Shown here piece after piece: positions 40,601 through 53,577 of a DNA stretch of 64,000 nucleotides (positions are counted from its first letter, which is position 1; each line of letters starts with the position of its first letter). Both the position numbers and the translations under genes were made by a program. Source of the stretch: Felis catus (lineage: Eukaryota); assembly GCF_018350175.1 (NCBI RefSeq), contig NC_058368.1, positions 81,470,001-81,534,000 of the forward strand, read 5' to 3'. The notes under the pieces are model-generated. The model made no database searches. It saw only the letters and a list, made by a program, of their open reading frames with translations, and was not told the origin of the DNA.

Positions 40601-43056
40601 ACTGTCCTTTTGCACCCAGTCCAGAGTCCGGGTTTTCCACGAAGGCTCTTCGTAGGACATCGGCAGTGCCGTGCACGAGGCACACGTGTGCACACGGCAC
40701 GAGAGAGCCGCGCTACCGTGAGGAAAAGGACACCGTGCCGCCGTCTGAGCTGCAAGCGAACTGGCCGCTCCCTCGTGGAACATCCCTCTTCCTTAAAAGA
40801 CCCACCGGCAGCTCAAGGTTCAGACCCGGCTGTTGGGCAGAGACATTGTCCCGGGGAAAAGGGCAGTGCTTGCCTGGATCTTTAAGGAGAGAAGCTGGCA
40901 GTTACCATGTGGCCTTTCAAGCAAAAACCAAAGAAAACGGATCTGTGCCCCTGAGCCTGACACACTTGCCTCCTAACGGTGTCTCATCTTTTCTGGCGAG
41001 GTCAGTGGGGCTACCAAGGAAGGTGATCTTTTCTGATATTGCATGACGATGTGTGTCAACACCTGGAAAATCTACGTCACTCTTCTGCCAAACGGGCAAA
41101 AGATGTGCTCAGAGCCCAAGACAGAGCAACGGGCTCTAACGTGACAGCGTGGGAACAGCTCACCGCGAGGGTTTTAGACCCCACCGCATAAACACCCTGG
41201 AGGAAGCCGCCACACGTTGCGGTTTAGTGCGGCCTCAACGAATATCCACATTCACCTGAAAAAGCTGTTGAGATGCCCTTCCTGTCTCCAACCAGGGGTT
41301 CCGTGTTGGGCTCCGACGACAGAAATACAAGAACTTATTTTCTGTTCTCTTAACACTAATGGCATTTCCCAAATGAACATCTATCACTTTAAAATCCGGT
41401 GTTACTTTGGCAATAGAAAAATATGCTGTTTTATTTTTAAAAGAATGAGTGCTCTCCTAGCTAATTGATCCACAGGAACTGACGAACTTGATACTATATT
41501 CCGAAGCTCTATAATGAGTTCTTGCTGAGACACGAGCAAGGGTCATTCCTGGAAGAAACCACCCTGGTTCTCAGAAGGGCGGCCCAGAGACGTGAAATCC
41601 CAACTCTGAGCCCAGAGCCCTGGGAAACAAGCGTAACCAAAAAGCATTTCCTTATTTATGAGAACCACAGTGCTTTCTTTTTAGAGTAATAGGTTATTTA
41701 ATCCAATATATCCACACTGTTACCAAGTCGAAATGCAATCAATACACAATTGCAAATGAGACATTTTGCGTTACTGGCGTCGAGTCCCCTGTCTCGGGGC
41801 AGCTCGCCCCCAAAGCCCCTCCCCATCAGACTCGTGGAGCACCGTGGTCCATGGCTGCTGTGCTCACATCGCAGTTTTGGCCTCGGAAGCAGGCTGGTTG
41901 TCATCTGTGTGTGTCCCCACTGGGCCGTGGAAAGAGCTTCCCACGTGATCTGAAATTGGCCTGGGAGCCAGAGAGCGGGGGGCGGGGCTCTCCACTTTGC
42001 TCTGGCCAGCAGCAGAGGCCCCGCCTGCACCTGCCTGGCTCTGCCTCAGGCCCCACAGGCTGTCCTCAGGACCTCCAGCGAGACCCTGTGTGGAGCCCCC
42101 TCCCTGAACTGCACACGGTCTGCAGTCTAGGACAAGAAATATCCAGCCAAGCTTCCAGCCACCCCCCCCCCACCCAGGACATGGCTCCCCTAGAGGACAG
42201 CTTACACAGGGTATCCAGACCACTCGCCCTCCAAGGACATCTGCCCTCCTCTGGCCTGATTTCTGGTCTGGGAGCCACAGAGCCATACCTACCCTCCCCC
42301 CTCTCAGTCTCCGACCAAGTCAGTTTCTGAGGGTAGATTTCTTTTCCACTTTTTAAACCATTTCTCAGCAATCCTACGGCTTCTCCCCCATGGTCTCTCT
42401 CTGGATTTAGGCTGGCCTCCACCACCGGCCTCCCTGCCATCTATGCTCCATGCTACCACCCGGGACTCAGGGTCCGTCCACCCACGGCAGGGCGTGGGGG
42501 GCTGATGGGGCCTCCCTGACCGCTGACTCCCCTGCCAAGCAGCCAAATCCCCAGTGCCTCGGGGTCTGGGAACTTCGGGCTCAGTGACACTATCTCTACC
42601 CCAGTTTCTAGTCACCAAAGGTTCCCCTCCAGGAGGCTGGAGAGGCGGGACTCCAGGTCCTCAGCCACGCACCCCAAGATGCCCACAGCCTCAGATGGGC
42701 TTGCCTTGAAGAAGGCCACCCCTCACTGCCACTGTCAGCTCCGGAGGGAGGGGGCCAGCTGTGGGGCGGTGCCGACACGGCTGCACGTGCCAGAGCCACC
42801 AGAGGAGCCCCGGGGCTGTGCGACCCACAGCAGGATGGCCCTGCCAGCAGCAGGCCTTCTCCACCACGGCAGCGCCATCAACCTCGGGCAAGTCGCTTCA
42901 CCTGTGAGATCCTTCAGTGGGACTGCGGTGGAAACTGGACACAGTAAGTGGGGCACCAACACCATGCCCTGCTCTCCAAATGTGATCAGTGAGCGGTGGG
43001 AGCCTGTGTTATGTCAGTGCACCCAACCGCTCCCAGTCCGGTGAGCCCTCTGCTGC

Positions 43057-44148
43057 TACCAACCCGTGTGTGCATGTGTGTGTGCACGTGCACGTGTTAC
43101 CAACCCGTGTGTGCACGTGTGTGCGTGTCACCAACCTGTATGTGCACGTGTGCGTGTGTGCGCACGTGTGTTACCAACCCGTGTGTGCACGTGTGTGTGC
43201 ATGTTACCAACCCGTGTGTGTCACCAACCTATGCGGGCACGTGTCCGTGCACACACGTGTGTTACCAACCCATGTGCACGTGTGTGTGCATGTTACCAAC
43301 CTGTGTGTGTGTGCGTGTGTGTCACCCTGTGTGTGCATATGTGCATGTGCGTGTTACCAACCTGTGTGTGCACTGTGTGCATGTCACCAACCTGTGTGGG
43401 CACGTGTGCGTGTGTGTGCCAGTGTGTGTTACCAACCCGTGTGTGCACGTGTGTGTGTGCATGCACATGTTACCAACCCGTGTGTGTGCACGTGTGTACG
43501 TGTCACCAACCTGTGTGTGCATGTGTGCGTGTGTGCGCACGTGTGTTACCAACCCGTGTGTGCATGTGTGCGTGTGCATGTTACCAACCTGTGTGCATGT
43601 GTGCATGTTACCAACCTGTGTGTGTGCGTGTGTGCATGTGTCACCAACCTGTGTGTGCACATGTGCATGTGTGTGCCCGCGTGTGTTACCAACCCGTGTG
43701 TGCATGCATGTGTGCACATGTGCATGTGTGTGTTACCAACCCGTGTGTGCATGCATGTGTGCACGTGTGCATGTGTGTGTTACCAACCCGTGTGTGCACG
43801 TGTACATGTGTATGTTACCAACCCGTGAGTGCACGTGTGCGTGTGCATGTTACCAACCCGTGTGTGTGCATGTGTGCCCATGTGTGTTACCAACCCGTGT
43901 GTGCACGTGTGTGTGTGACCAACCCATGTGCATGCATGTGCGTGTGTTACCAACCCGTGTGTGCATTGTGTGTGTATTTGTGCATGTGTGCACATATGCA
44001 TGTGTGCATGTGTTATCAACCATGTGTGCGCATGTGCATGCATGCATGTGTGCGTGTGTGCCTGTACATGTGTGTGCATTCATGTATGCATGCATGCTTG
44101 TATGTGTGCACGCATGTGCACGTGTGTGCGTGTTTGTGTGTACACACA
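43057..44148. repeat. Compound minisatellite: T(T/C)ACCAACC anchors separated by (GT/GC/AT)n runs
   Basis: About 25 ACCAAC anchors counted by eye, plus two variants. Confidence 0.95.
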
Positions 44149-44191
44149 CGGGGGGAGCAGATACAAATGAACAAGTAACAATATCTACACC

Positions 44192-44625
44192 TGTGATGAT
44201 TGATTTTCTGTGTCAACTTGGCTGGGCTCAGAGGTGCCAGGATGGCTGATAAAATATTATTTGTGCCGAGTCTGTGAGGGCGCTTCCGGAAGAGCCCAGC
44301 GTCGGCAGTGCTGGGCTGAGTGGACACACCTTCACCCACACAGGCAGCCCCATCCAATCTGTGGAAGACCCAAAAAGAGCAAACGGGCAGAGGGAGGGCA
44401 TCTTCGCTCTGCCTCTGCTGGGGCACCCGTCCTCCTGGCACCTCTAGTTCTCTGGCCGTCGGGTCTGGACAGGGACGCCCCCTCTGCACCCCGGCTGCCC
44501 TGCGCCTGCAGCTTGCAGACAGCAGGTGGTGGCTGGGCCTCCACGACCACAGGAGCCCGGTCCCCGAACAATGCTCTCCCTGTCCATCTCTGTCTGTCCA
44601 CTTGTCCTCCTTCTGGGAGAGCAGC
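44192..44625 (+). mobile_element. MLT2 (ERVL) LTR
   Basis: tgtgatgattgattttctgtgtcaacttggctgggct...catccaatctgtggaagacc...gcagcttgcagacagca. Confidence 0.85.
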
Positions 44626-47600
44626 TCACCTGAGCTCGTGGTTAAGAGAAGCAAATCTAGAAGATTCCTTTCTCCCACATGACATGCCATAGCTTCCTCT
44701 CTTGCTAAATGTGCATTTCTATTTCACACATCTTACTAAAATTTCTCTAGTTTAAGTTCCTGAAAGAGCAGGCCCTCTACTGCCATGAAACTGCCACAAA
44801 ACATTGCTTTCTTTTTTTCTCTCTCTCTTTTCCCTTCCCTTCTCTTCCCTTCCCTTTCCTTTTATCTTTTCTTTTTTAGCTCCTCGGGTCTCCAAACTGC
44901 AAGCCAGGATGAGACCCCTCTCTTCATTTGGCCTGTAGGGACAAGACCCCTGAACCGGGTCTCATGAAGGACCCGACCATTCCTCCGGATGCCTGTCCCT
45001 CTGCTGTCCCCAGCAAAGGAGCGTTATCCTTTGCAAAGGAGCGTGCACGTACGTGAAAGTCCATTTGTCAGGATCACATTAGGAAAGCCTCGGAGGACTC
45101 CGTCTGCATGTGCCCGGGATTCTGATGCTAATTCAATTCTGCAGGGATGAGCAGCTAATGTGAAGGATGGGACCGCGCTGATACCCCTGTGACCCGAAGG
45201 AGAAGCTTCCGGGCCACTGCAAGCTGCTGCAGGTGGGGCAGCCTCGCTTTACAATCTCCCAAAAGGTAATAAACCGATCTGTACAAGTACCACTGACGCC
45301 TCACATGACAGCTCTCCCAGGAGCTCAGTGGCCTTGCCTAATTAGCCACATAATAACTGGGAGCTTCTCCCCACAAACTGGACGTGGATGCCATGCCCTC
45401 CCCCACACCCGTGTCACAGACGCTCTGAGCAGCAGGAGTGGTCACAGGAAAAAGTCTAACATGCCTCCCACTTCTGGACGAAAAGACACGTGTGGAATCA
45501 GCCCTGCTGCCCAGGATGCACAGCCCTCACGTCTCCAGACTTATGCTTTCCAACAGGCCCCCGACGCGGGCTTTTCCGTCCTGTGTGGAAACTCCACACT
45601 TGCTGCTCAGGAGCACGGCGGACAACTGCTCAATTTCCAACAAGGAACCTCCTGTGGCCACCCCCTGGGACCCGTGGTTTCCACGGTTTTCTGGAGTCAC
45701 CGTGATGACATCATGATCCCAGTCATGTGAGTTGAAGACCCCAGGGTCAGGGCCTTCCACACACCATAAAGACCACCATCTCGGCATTTCTGAGCGTGCG
45801 GCACGCTGTCGTGGGCGGGATCTGCAGAACGTTTCCGTCCTGGGGAGCAGAGACCCCGCCTACAGCCCTTGAACCACAACCCCTATCCCCTCCAGCCCCA
45901 GGCAGCCATGCCAGGCGTCGGCTTCTGAAATTATCGAGGAGGGTCTAATAAGAGAACATGGAAAGAAAGCAGGTAAGCACCGTCTAGGAGGGAAGATCCC
46001 CGCCATCCTGGGGTCTGGGCCTGAGCCCACACGGACCCAGGCAGAGTGCATCACCAGTGAGAGCTGCTTCCCTGGACCCGAGACCTTTTCCAGAAGGCTC
46101 ATCCTTCAGACGGTTGTGGCTGGTCTCCTGCACAAAAGGTGCAAATACACATACAATCAAGCCTTCCATTAAGTCGAGTTGCCGTCTACCAGTAATTCTG
46201 GAACTTGCCAGAACTATTTGCTTTTGTGTGCTGGGTTACCTCTGTTCACTTACAGGCTTGAGGTGCTATTTTAAACATTTGCCATTTGGATAACACAGGG
46301 TCACAGGCCCAACACCCTGCCCGGATCCTGTTGCCGCGGCTGTGCACTCAGCGTGAGCACACACATAGCCGAGACCGGTCCGGAGACACAGAAGGTGCCG
46401 GCACGTCCTGAACCCTACAGCACAGACCCGTCTCTACCCGGGTGTCGACACTGTGCTCTTCGCACACACAGGAGCTAAACAACCTCATTCACTATGTGGC
46501 TCTCATACAGCCCACAAGCTTTGCAAGATGTGTTCTAAGGCCGCTGTTCCACGAGAACCGGCGGCGGCCAGGAGAGCGCTGTTGTCAGGGGGTGCTGTGG
46601 CCCTGAGCTCGGGTCGGCTGTCCCCAGCAGGCCGGCAGGGATGAAGCCCCACACACAGGAACCTGGGAATCTTGACCCAGGAGAACGCGTTCCCCGCCAG
46701 CTTCTGTGCGGACGGCCTGTAAATGAGATGCCGTCCCCACCAGGTTGAAATGCCCTGGTGGTGCTAGGACATCCAGGCTTTGCCACGACTGTGTCACCCG
46801 GCTGACACGAGGCCTCCCCAGGTCCCTCTGGGGACACTGAGGGACGCCGCCCTCCAGTGGCCGGGCCACCCTGTCATCACTCATCAGAGGCCTCAGAAAA
46901 ATCACCTTGAACGCTGAGGCAGGAGAGAGAGGCAATCCCCTGTGATTGATAGCACTAAATACGAAACCGCATGTACCTTGTCCGTGAAGCATGGAATCAT
47001 GCGCATTGTCACCGGGGGAGATGAATGGAACTTGAGATAACCCTGGCAAATTAGGCGTATGTTAGCGTTAAGCTTTGTCAGTAAGCAGGCTATAAATTAC
47101 AGACATATTGTAACTCCATAAACTCTTCTAATGAATTGAATGATGGCGGTAATTTAATGCGGAACATGCCAGCTTAACCCTTTTAAGAAATTAGCCCCAG
47201 GTCTCCACCACGCAACCAGCCAAAGTGCATTTTCAAAGTTGGTGCTTAGATCTCCCGAGAGAGCATATACAGAGGGCTGTGAGAACTTTTGAAATTTTCC
47301 TGGATATTAAAAACAAATGTCCAAGAGCCTCTGAGTAATTACATTATTTCATAGTTAATTCTTTCCTGAGCTTTTTCTCCCCCCACACATAATCTTCATT
47401 ATAGTCCTTTTTTTTCCCCCTAAAACGATCGCACTAAATATATGGAAGCCATAAGCCCCAGCGTGCAGTGCATTTCTGGGTGATTATTGAACCCATCGGG
47501 GGGTACCAGGAGCTCTGCGGCTGAAGGCATAGAGACTTTAACCCGAAAGGGGGGCAGGAATCCCACATAAATGCACTACCTGCGGTGTCTTGTTGCAATA

Positions 47601-48073
47601 ATGAAGCGGAATTTATAAATAAGAATCAGGTGCAAGGCAGAGCCTGTGCACTTTCCGGCCGTCACTGACAGAGGCAAGACACCCGTGACAGCTGAGTCGT
47701 GATGTGAAGCTGTTTCAGAATCTGCTGTATATTTTAGTGGAAGTTGCATGTAGAAATAACTGACAAATCAGTGTTGATCCAAAGAAAACTTTAAATTCAA
47801 ATGGGAAAATTAAAGGTAATATGTCATTATTTAGAGTGTGTTGGCACAGTAAAAAGCATTCTTTAGCTTTTACTCAAATGGAAGGATGCAAAACAGCGCC
47901 AGTGGACGTAATTACTGCATAACAGGTACCACTCGGCTCCTAATGTTACAAAACTAGGAATTTTTAAAATAAATGACCCCTCTATGGGTGTGTTTTCTCT
48001 TTACAGAACACAATTATCTCTTGCTGGATGTGTTAAGCATGCTCTGTCCTGCGTCACGGGGTGGCTGGTCTCA

Positions 48074-48074
<1 letters not shown>

Positions 48075-48110
<36 letters not shown>
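48075..48110. repeat. (CA)n microsatellite
   Basis: Perfect CA run. Confidence 0.95.
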
Positions 48111-48112
<2 letters not shown>

Positions 48113-49874
48113 CGGCACAAAACTCCAGCCAGACCTCAGCGCCCCCCGGGTTGTACAGAAGTAGATGCGCAATATGGTCTCCGGCTCCGGCAGGAGTGTC
48201 CACGGGGCGCTTGTGTTGAGCTGGACCACGGCCTTTACGCTGGTGGGAGGGACGAGCGACAATTACCCATGTGTCTTGGGTGTTACCACCGCACCCCTAG
48301 CCCTAGGGATCTTCCAGTACCTTGAAGAAAAGGGTCAGAATATTGTCTGTTTCAGTAACTTCTGAAACACGATCACTGAAGAATCTGAATTCTTTACCTA
48401 AAAAGTGAAGTCCAGGAAAACAATCTGTGTGTCGCTTGCTGCAAAGACAGAAGACAAGAAATAAACTCTGAAATCCCAAATTTCCTTCTGGGAGTCTGGA
48501 TTCCTTCTTTTGTTAAATTGGACCCTAAAGGTCTAAGCTCCATAAATAGGCGTCATTCCAACCTCCTGACAGAAGAGCCTTGCAGACGTTTTCTGAGGTC
48601 ATGGGTCCCGCTCTGCACACCTGCGGGCTCTCTGCAAGGGGCCGTGGCCGAGACGGTGCGCTCGCGGTGGAAAGAAGTGGGTGCTGCTGGGCTTCCGCCC
48701 TCCACGTGCTGGCACCACCTGTGGCCGTGAGGGCCTCCAGCGGACTCCGGGCTCTGCCAGCACAAAGTCACCGTCGACACCGCGTTTCACGAATTTCTCA
48801 GCCCACAAGGGTGGCTGCAGGCCCTGATGGCTTATTCCCTCTGGCTGCAGAAGACTTAAAGTCACAGATTCCACCTGAAACCCCCCTTGGAGGCTCTCTC
48901 AGAAGACGCAGCCTCAGCTCCCTCCCCTGGGCCCTGGGTCTGGAATCGGCACCGCGGCCCAGCCACCTCGCTGGCCAGCCTTCCCTGCCCTGTCCCCACA
49001 GACCTGTCCCCAAACACCTAGCATAGGGGACACCATGCCAGCCCCGCAACAGCAATTCCCCTCTTTGTGCGTCTTGCCGAGTCTCATGTGAACACCACGA
49101 CTGTTAGCACCTTGTTCTTCAGCGTGAGGCCCGGGACCCGGGCATCACCTCTGCCGGGAGCTTGTGAGAACTGCCATCGCGGGCGCCTGCTGGGCCCTGC
49201 ACGTCCTGCATCTATTGGGATCCACAGGCCACCTGCGCACAGAGGTTTGAGGCACCGCCATCGGGCCTTGGGGAGCTGGGTCGGGGCTGATGACGCTCGG
49301 CTGTGCGCAGATGGCGGCGGGAGGGAGGAGGCGGGCACTGACAACTCTGGGCCTGACTTTTAAGCTAACACACTAACCCCACACATGGCTGATGGGAGAG
49401 CGAGCCACGCCCAGGAGCAATTCTGGGGCGGTCAGGGGATCAAGGAAATCATGGCCCAAACACATCATCCTGGTTTTCAAATGGCCGCCACGCTGGAGGG
49501 TTGGGTCCCACGGACACGGGCTCCTGAGGACAGTGAGAGCAGCACCCCTCCCGCCCGATGGAACGCAGGGGTATGTGAGGCCGGGCCCCCGGCGATTGTG
49601 CCGGGTGTGAGTCCAGAGCGCCGCCTCGTGAGCGGACTCCAGTAGCAGCATCTGCACATCTCTGTGCACTGCCCGAGAACGACAAAGAGATGCCCGGCAG
49701 CCAAGGTCCTCGCCAGCCTGAGAGCTGCCCGATGGTGCGGCTCCCCGGCCACGGCCATCCAGGCGCCAAGTGGGCAGGGAGGAGGGGCTGTGATGGTGGT
49801 CGGGGCGGGGCACACCCGTGCATCTGTCTCACTGACATGTGCACCGTGATGCACACATCATGGCTCTGGTTTTG

Positions 49875-50070
49875 TTTTTTCTAGTGTTTATACCTGAGAG
49901 AGAGAGAGAGAGAGAGAGCGCAGGGGAGCAGCAGAGAGAGGGAGACACCGAATCCTAGCAGGCTCTAGGCTCCAAGCTGTCAGCACAGAGCTCAACGCGG
50001 GGCTCGATCCCCCTCGATCATGACCCGGACCGAAGTCGGAGGCCTAACGGACTGAGCCCCCCGGCGCCCC
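49875..50070 (-). mobile_element. CAN-SINE (SINEC_Fc) with a small internal deletion
   Basis: (GA)n...gcaggctctaggctccaagctgtcagcacagag...ctgagccccccggcgcccc. Confidence 0.93.
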
Positions 50071-52899
50071 TCTGGCCTTGGTTTTGAATGAACTAGGAAT
50101 TGAGTCATCACTTCTGTCTGCAGAGAACAAGAAAGTCCTCACAAACCAGTGCACACCTGAGCGGCCTCTGCAAAGCAAGCCAGATTTGGGTATCTTCTCT
50201 CTAACAAGGGTCCTACTCCTGGTTCTGTCCTCCAAATGTCACTGCGTGTGGGACACCGGCCAGTGCTCTCCTCTGGCCCCTCATGGGGACAAACTGGAGG
50301 AAAGTCTGGATTTTTTGTGCCTTCCCTTGGTCCAGAGGCCCCTCCTGTGGGCTCGGGAGCCTGACAACCTTCCCCCTGAACCGACTCACTCTGCCCTGCA
50401 CCCTGCAGGACCCAAGGAGCCACACCTGAGTCCCCGTCACTGGCCACGGAGGGCACCTGGGCCCATCTTGTCTTGGGCACAATGGGTGTTGCCGGCTTCC
50501 CAGAGCCCCTGAGAGCAGGGCGCAGGCTCTCACGATGGGCTGCTCTCCTGGCATGGCCAGTGCCCCACGTGTGGACCCCACACCTCTGCATACGGCCCTG
50601 GCCCACAGGACTGGCCCGCTCAGCCTGGTCGCCCCGTGATACTCACCGTCCAGGGGAGGAGTGACACCCGGGCCCCCATTCTGCTGCCAACAGCCCAGGA
50701 GGCAATGGGCCGCGAGGGCCGAAGCAGCCTCAGTGTTTTCCTTCGTCAAGGAGGAGCTCCAGAACGCCCCGGCCAGCACCCACCTTCCGCAGTTACAGAC
50801 ATCACTGTCCGCAGCTGCCTCCCCTTTTCCGCGTGTGATGGTGTGCTTGCACTTGGCTCCCAGGCAGTGTGCAATCCAGATCCGTGTTCAGTCCCCGCCA
50901 GTTGTGTATGGCTGCAGTGCTGGTGCAAGGCTCTGGATGGCTGTACATGGTCGTGCACGGCTGTGGGTGGTCAGATGGTCACGTGATTGTGGATGCACGT
51001 GGTTGTGCATAGTTCTGTATGGCTGCAATGCTGGCATGCAGTTGTGAATGTTTCTAGCAGCCCTTCTGGTGTGAGCAGGGTTCAGCTCTACTCTGGCAAA
51101 TGAGACCCTGCAAACACCACCTTCCTCACGTGGACCATAATGTTTATGCCGCGGATCTTACACCCAGACATCAGTGCAGCCCAGCAAAGCCCGAACTTCG
51201 TGGCTGAAAACAACAGCGTACGATCACCTCCATGGTGCTGGGCTGATAGGCGTGGCTAGGGGCTCTCCCTCGGGACCCCCACTTGGCGTCAGCTGGGAAA
51301 TGATGCTGGCGGTGTTGGAAGGCACCCGCGTGGCTGGTCTGGACCCAAGCGTGGGTGGTGGGACTGCCGGGCACTTGTCGCCTTGCTGTGTCCTCAGCCT
51401 GTCCCTTCACATCCAGAAAACGTGTTGAGTTACCCAAGTCTCACATATTATTCCTCAAAAATTAGTTATAATAGCTCAAAAACCCACAGCCGCTGCAAAA
51501 TACCTCAGGATTGTGCAGCAGTGTCGGGGAAGCTCCCGCCGTAGCAGCAACGAATTGGGGCTCTCGCGCGGGGGTGCAAAGCCTCCCAGGGCAGGGCGGG
51601 CCCTTCGCTTTGTCCATTTATTTGATCAGATCTTTGTGAAGAGCTGCTCACCAGTCTGGACGGTCGTGCCCCAGGCACCTGACAGCACTGTGGCTGGTGT
51701 GTGCAACGCACAGACAGGACACGTCTGCGGATCAGCGTGTGCTCCTAGGGGCCCGTCTCTACGAATATAACGTGAGTATAAACAGACTTACCAGCCGTCG
51801 CTTCAAACATCAGCCATCAGATGTCAACAACACCCAGCCGGACACGCTCCCCTTCTCTTAAACTCAAACGACTCCTTTCAAGGAGGCAAATGCCTGTCCC
51901 CTTCCCTGTGCCCAGGGATTCACACTTGGAAACACGTCAGTTTCCTCTTCTGACAGTCTGTTTCCATTTCCTCTATTGAGTCAGCCATCATACTGTTCTC
52001 CACATGTGGGTTAGTCGTTCCAGGTAAAGAGAGGTTAGTGCTATCTGTCGTGAAACAGTGAGGTGGAATCGGCAGCCCTGGGGGCCTTGCTCTGTAGCAC
52101 ATTCCAGTTGCTGGCTGATAGATGATGCATCCACGCAGGCAGCTCTCTGCTCTCTCCACAGAAAACACACACGTTTCCTGCGACAAGTAAGTAAATAGCT
52201 CTCAGATAAAGCCCGAAGGCTGTCTACAGTCTCTTCATGCCCACCCTGGAAAGCTGCTGGCTACTAAAGCCATCAAAGTTTGGACTCCGACCTGACCGCA
52301 CAAAGACAGTAAACAGCGAGAACCTGCCTTGTACTATGAGCTGCAGCAGCTTTAGAACGAGCAGCTCTCAGAGGCTCCAGAACGGACCCAACCCCAGAGG
52401 CTTGCATCCGTCAGGTGCTCCAGAGGACAGCTCAGTAAGGACACCTGGCCCTTTGAAAGGAGGCATCAATCTTGTTGCTTAACCCTCAAAACATACACTG
52501 ATTTCAGTCAAAGGAGAGCAAAGCTGTTTCAGAAATTCTTAATAGCCTCCCTTCTTGAGGATGCTTCACCTTGGAAACTTCCACTGACTTCTCCTCTCAG
52601 ACGCCCACGAGGAGCCGGTAGATGCTGCCTGGCGATCAGAACTTAATGGTACAATGAGGCAGCTCCCAAACCCTGTTGACAGAAGAAGAGAAAATCTTAA
52701 AACACTTTCAGAAGTCAAATCAGTGGGCAGCAAGACAGAATAAAATCGGGAGGGAAAGAACAGGGTGGCTGGGGAAGAGGAGAAGAGATGTTGTCACTTA
52801 GATTTGAGTGGGATGGAATGGCTAGAAAATACCAGAAAGTCACGGAAATGCTCTCCAGGGCTGAGATGTCTATGCCAACGCGAAGACACCATCACCCAT

Positions 52900-53050
52900 A
52901 GGACACTTATCACTCCTTTAATCCTCATTCCCACCGGGGGTATGAGCATCAGCAGCCCCATTGTACAGATGGGGAAACCGAGGCACCGGGAGTCCCAGCT
53001 CCTGCCTGAGGTCACAGATGACCTGAGCTCAGCGGTCCGGCTCCTAAACA
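52900..53050 (-). mobile_element. MIR fragment
   Basis: tttaatcctca...ccccattgtacagatggggaaaccgaggcac...gcctgaggtcacag. Confidence 0.75.
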
Positions 53051-53101
53051 TGGTGTTCCCACCTCTTCCACACCCACAGACACAGCCAGTATTTGAAAAG
53101 A

Positions 53102-53577
53102 GGTGCAGGGTGCTAGGGGGTGGGGTACAGAGGAGGGGGGGCAGGGTCTGCAGGAAGGTGAGGGCAGGTGCAGGGGTGCAGGGTGCTGGCGTGCAGGGTG
53201 CTAGGGGGTGGGGTACAGAGGGGGAACAGGGTCTGCAGGAAGGTGAGGGAGGGTGCAGGGGTGCAGGTTGCTGGGGGTGGGGTACAGAATGGGGGCAGGG
53301 TCTGCAGGAAGGTGAGGGAGGGTGCAGGGTGCAGGGTGCAGGGGTGCAGGGTGCTGAGGGTGGGGTATAGAGGGGGAACAAGGTCTGCAGGAAGGTGAGG
53401 GAGGGTGAAGGGGTGCAGGGTGCAGTGGTGCAGGGTGCTGGGGGTGGGGTACAGAGGGGGGGCAGGGTCTGTAGGAAGGTGAGGGCAGGTGCAGGGGTGC
53501 AGGGTGCTGGGGGATGGGGTTCAGAGGAGGGGGGCAGGGTCTGCAGGAAAGTGAGGGTGGGTGCAGGGGTGCAGGCC
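53102..53577. repeat. G-rich minisatellite, six units of about 68-86 bp
   Basis: ggtctgcaggaaggtgaggg anchor repeated six times with variable gggtgca subunits. Confidence 0.95.

Noticed and set aside
43057..44030. CRISPR-like repeat-spacer appearance
   Set aside because: Mammalian DNA, anchor only about 10 bp, spacers are related dinucleotide runs, and no cas genes
42989..44249. 279-417 aa Cys-rich ORFs resembling keratin-associated or metallothionein-like proteins
   Set aside because: All frames are open because the GT-rich repeat lacks stop codons, and unit lengths do not preserve frame
51787..52180. Minus-strand GTAAGT donor with a possible acceptor about 390 nt away
   Set aside because: Long for an internal exon with no convincing frame; isolated splice motifs are common by chance
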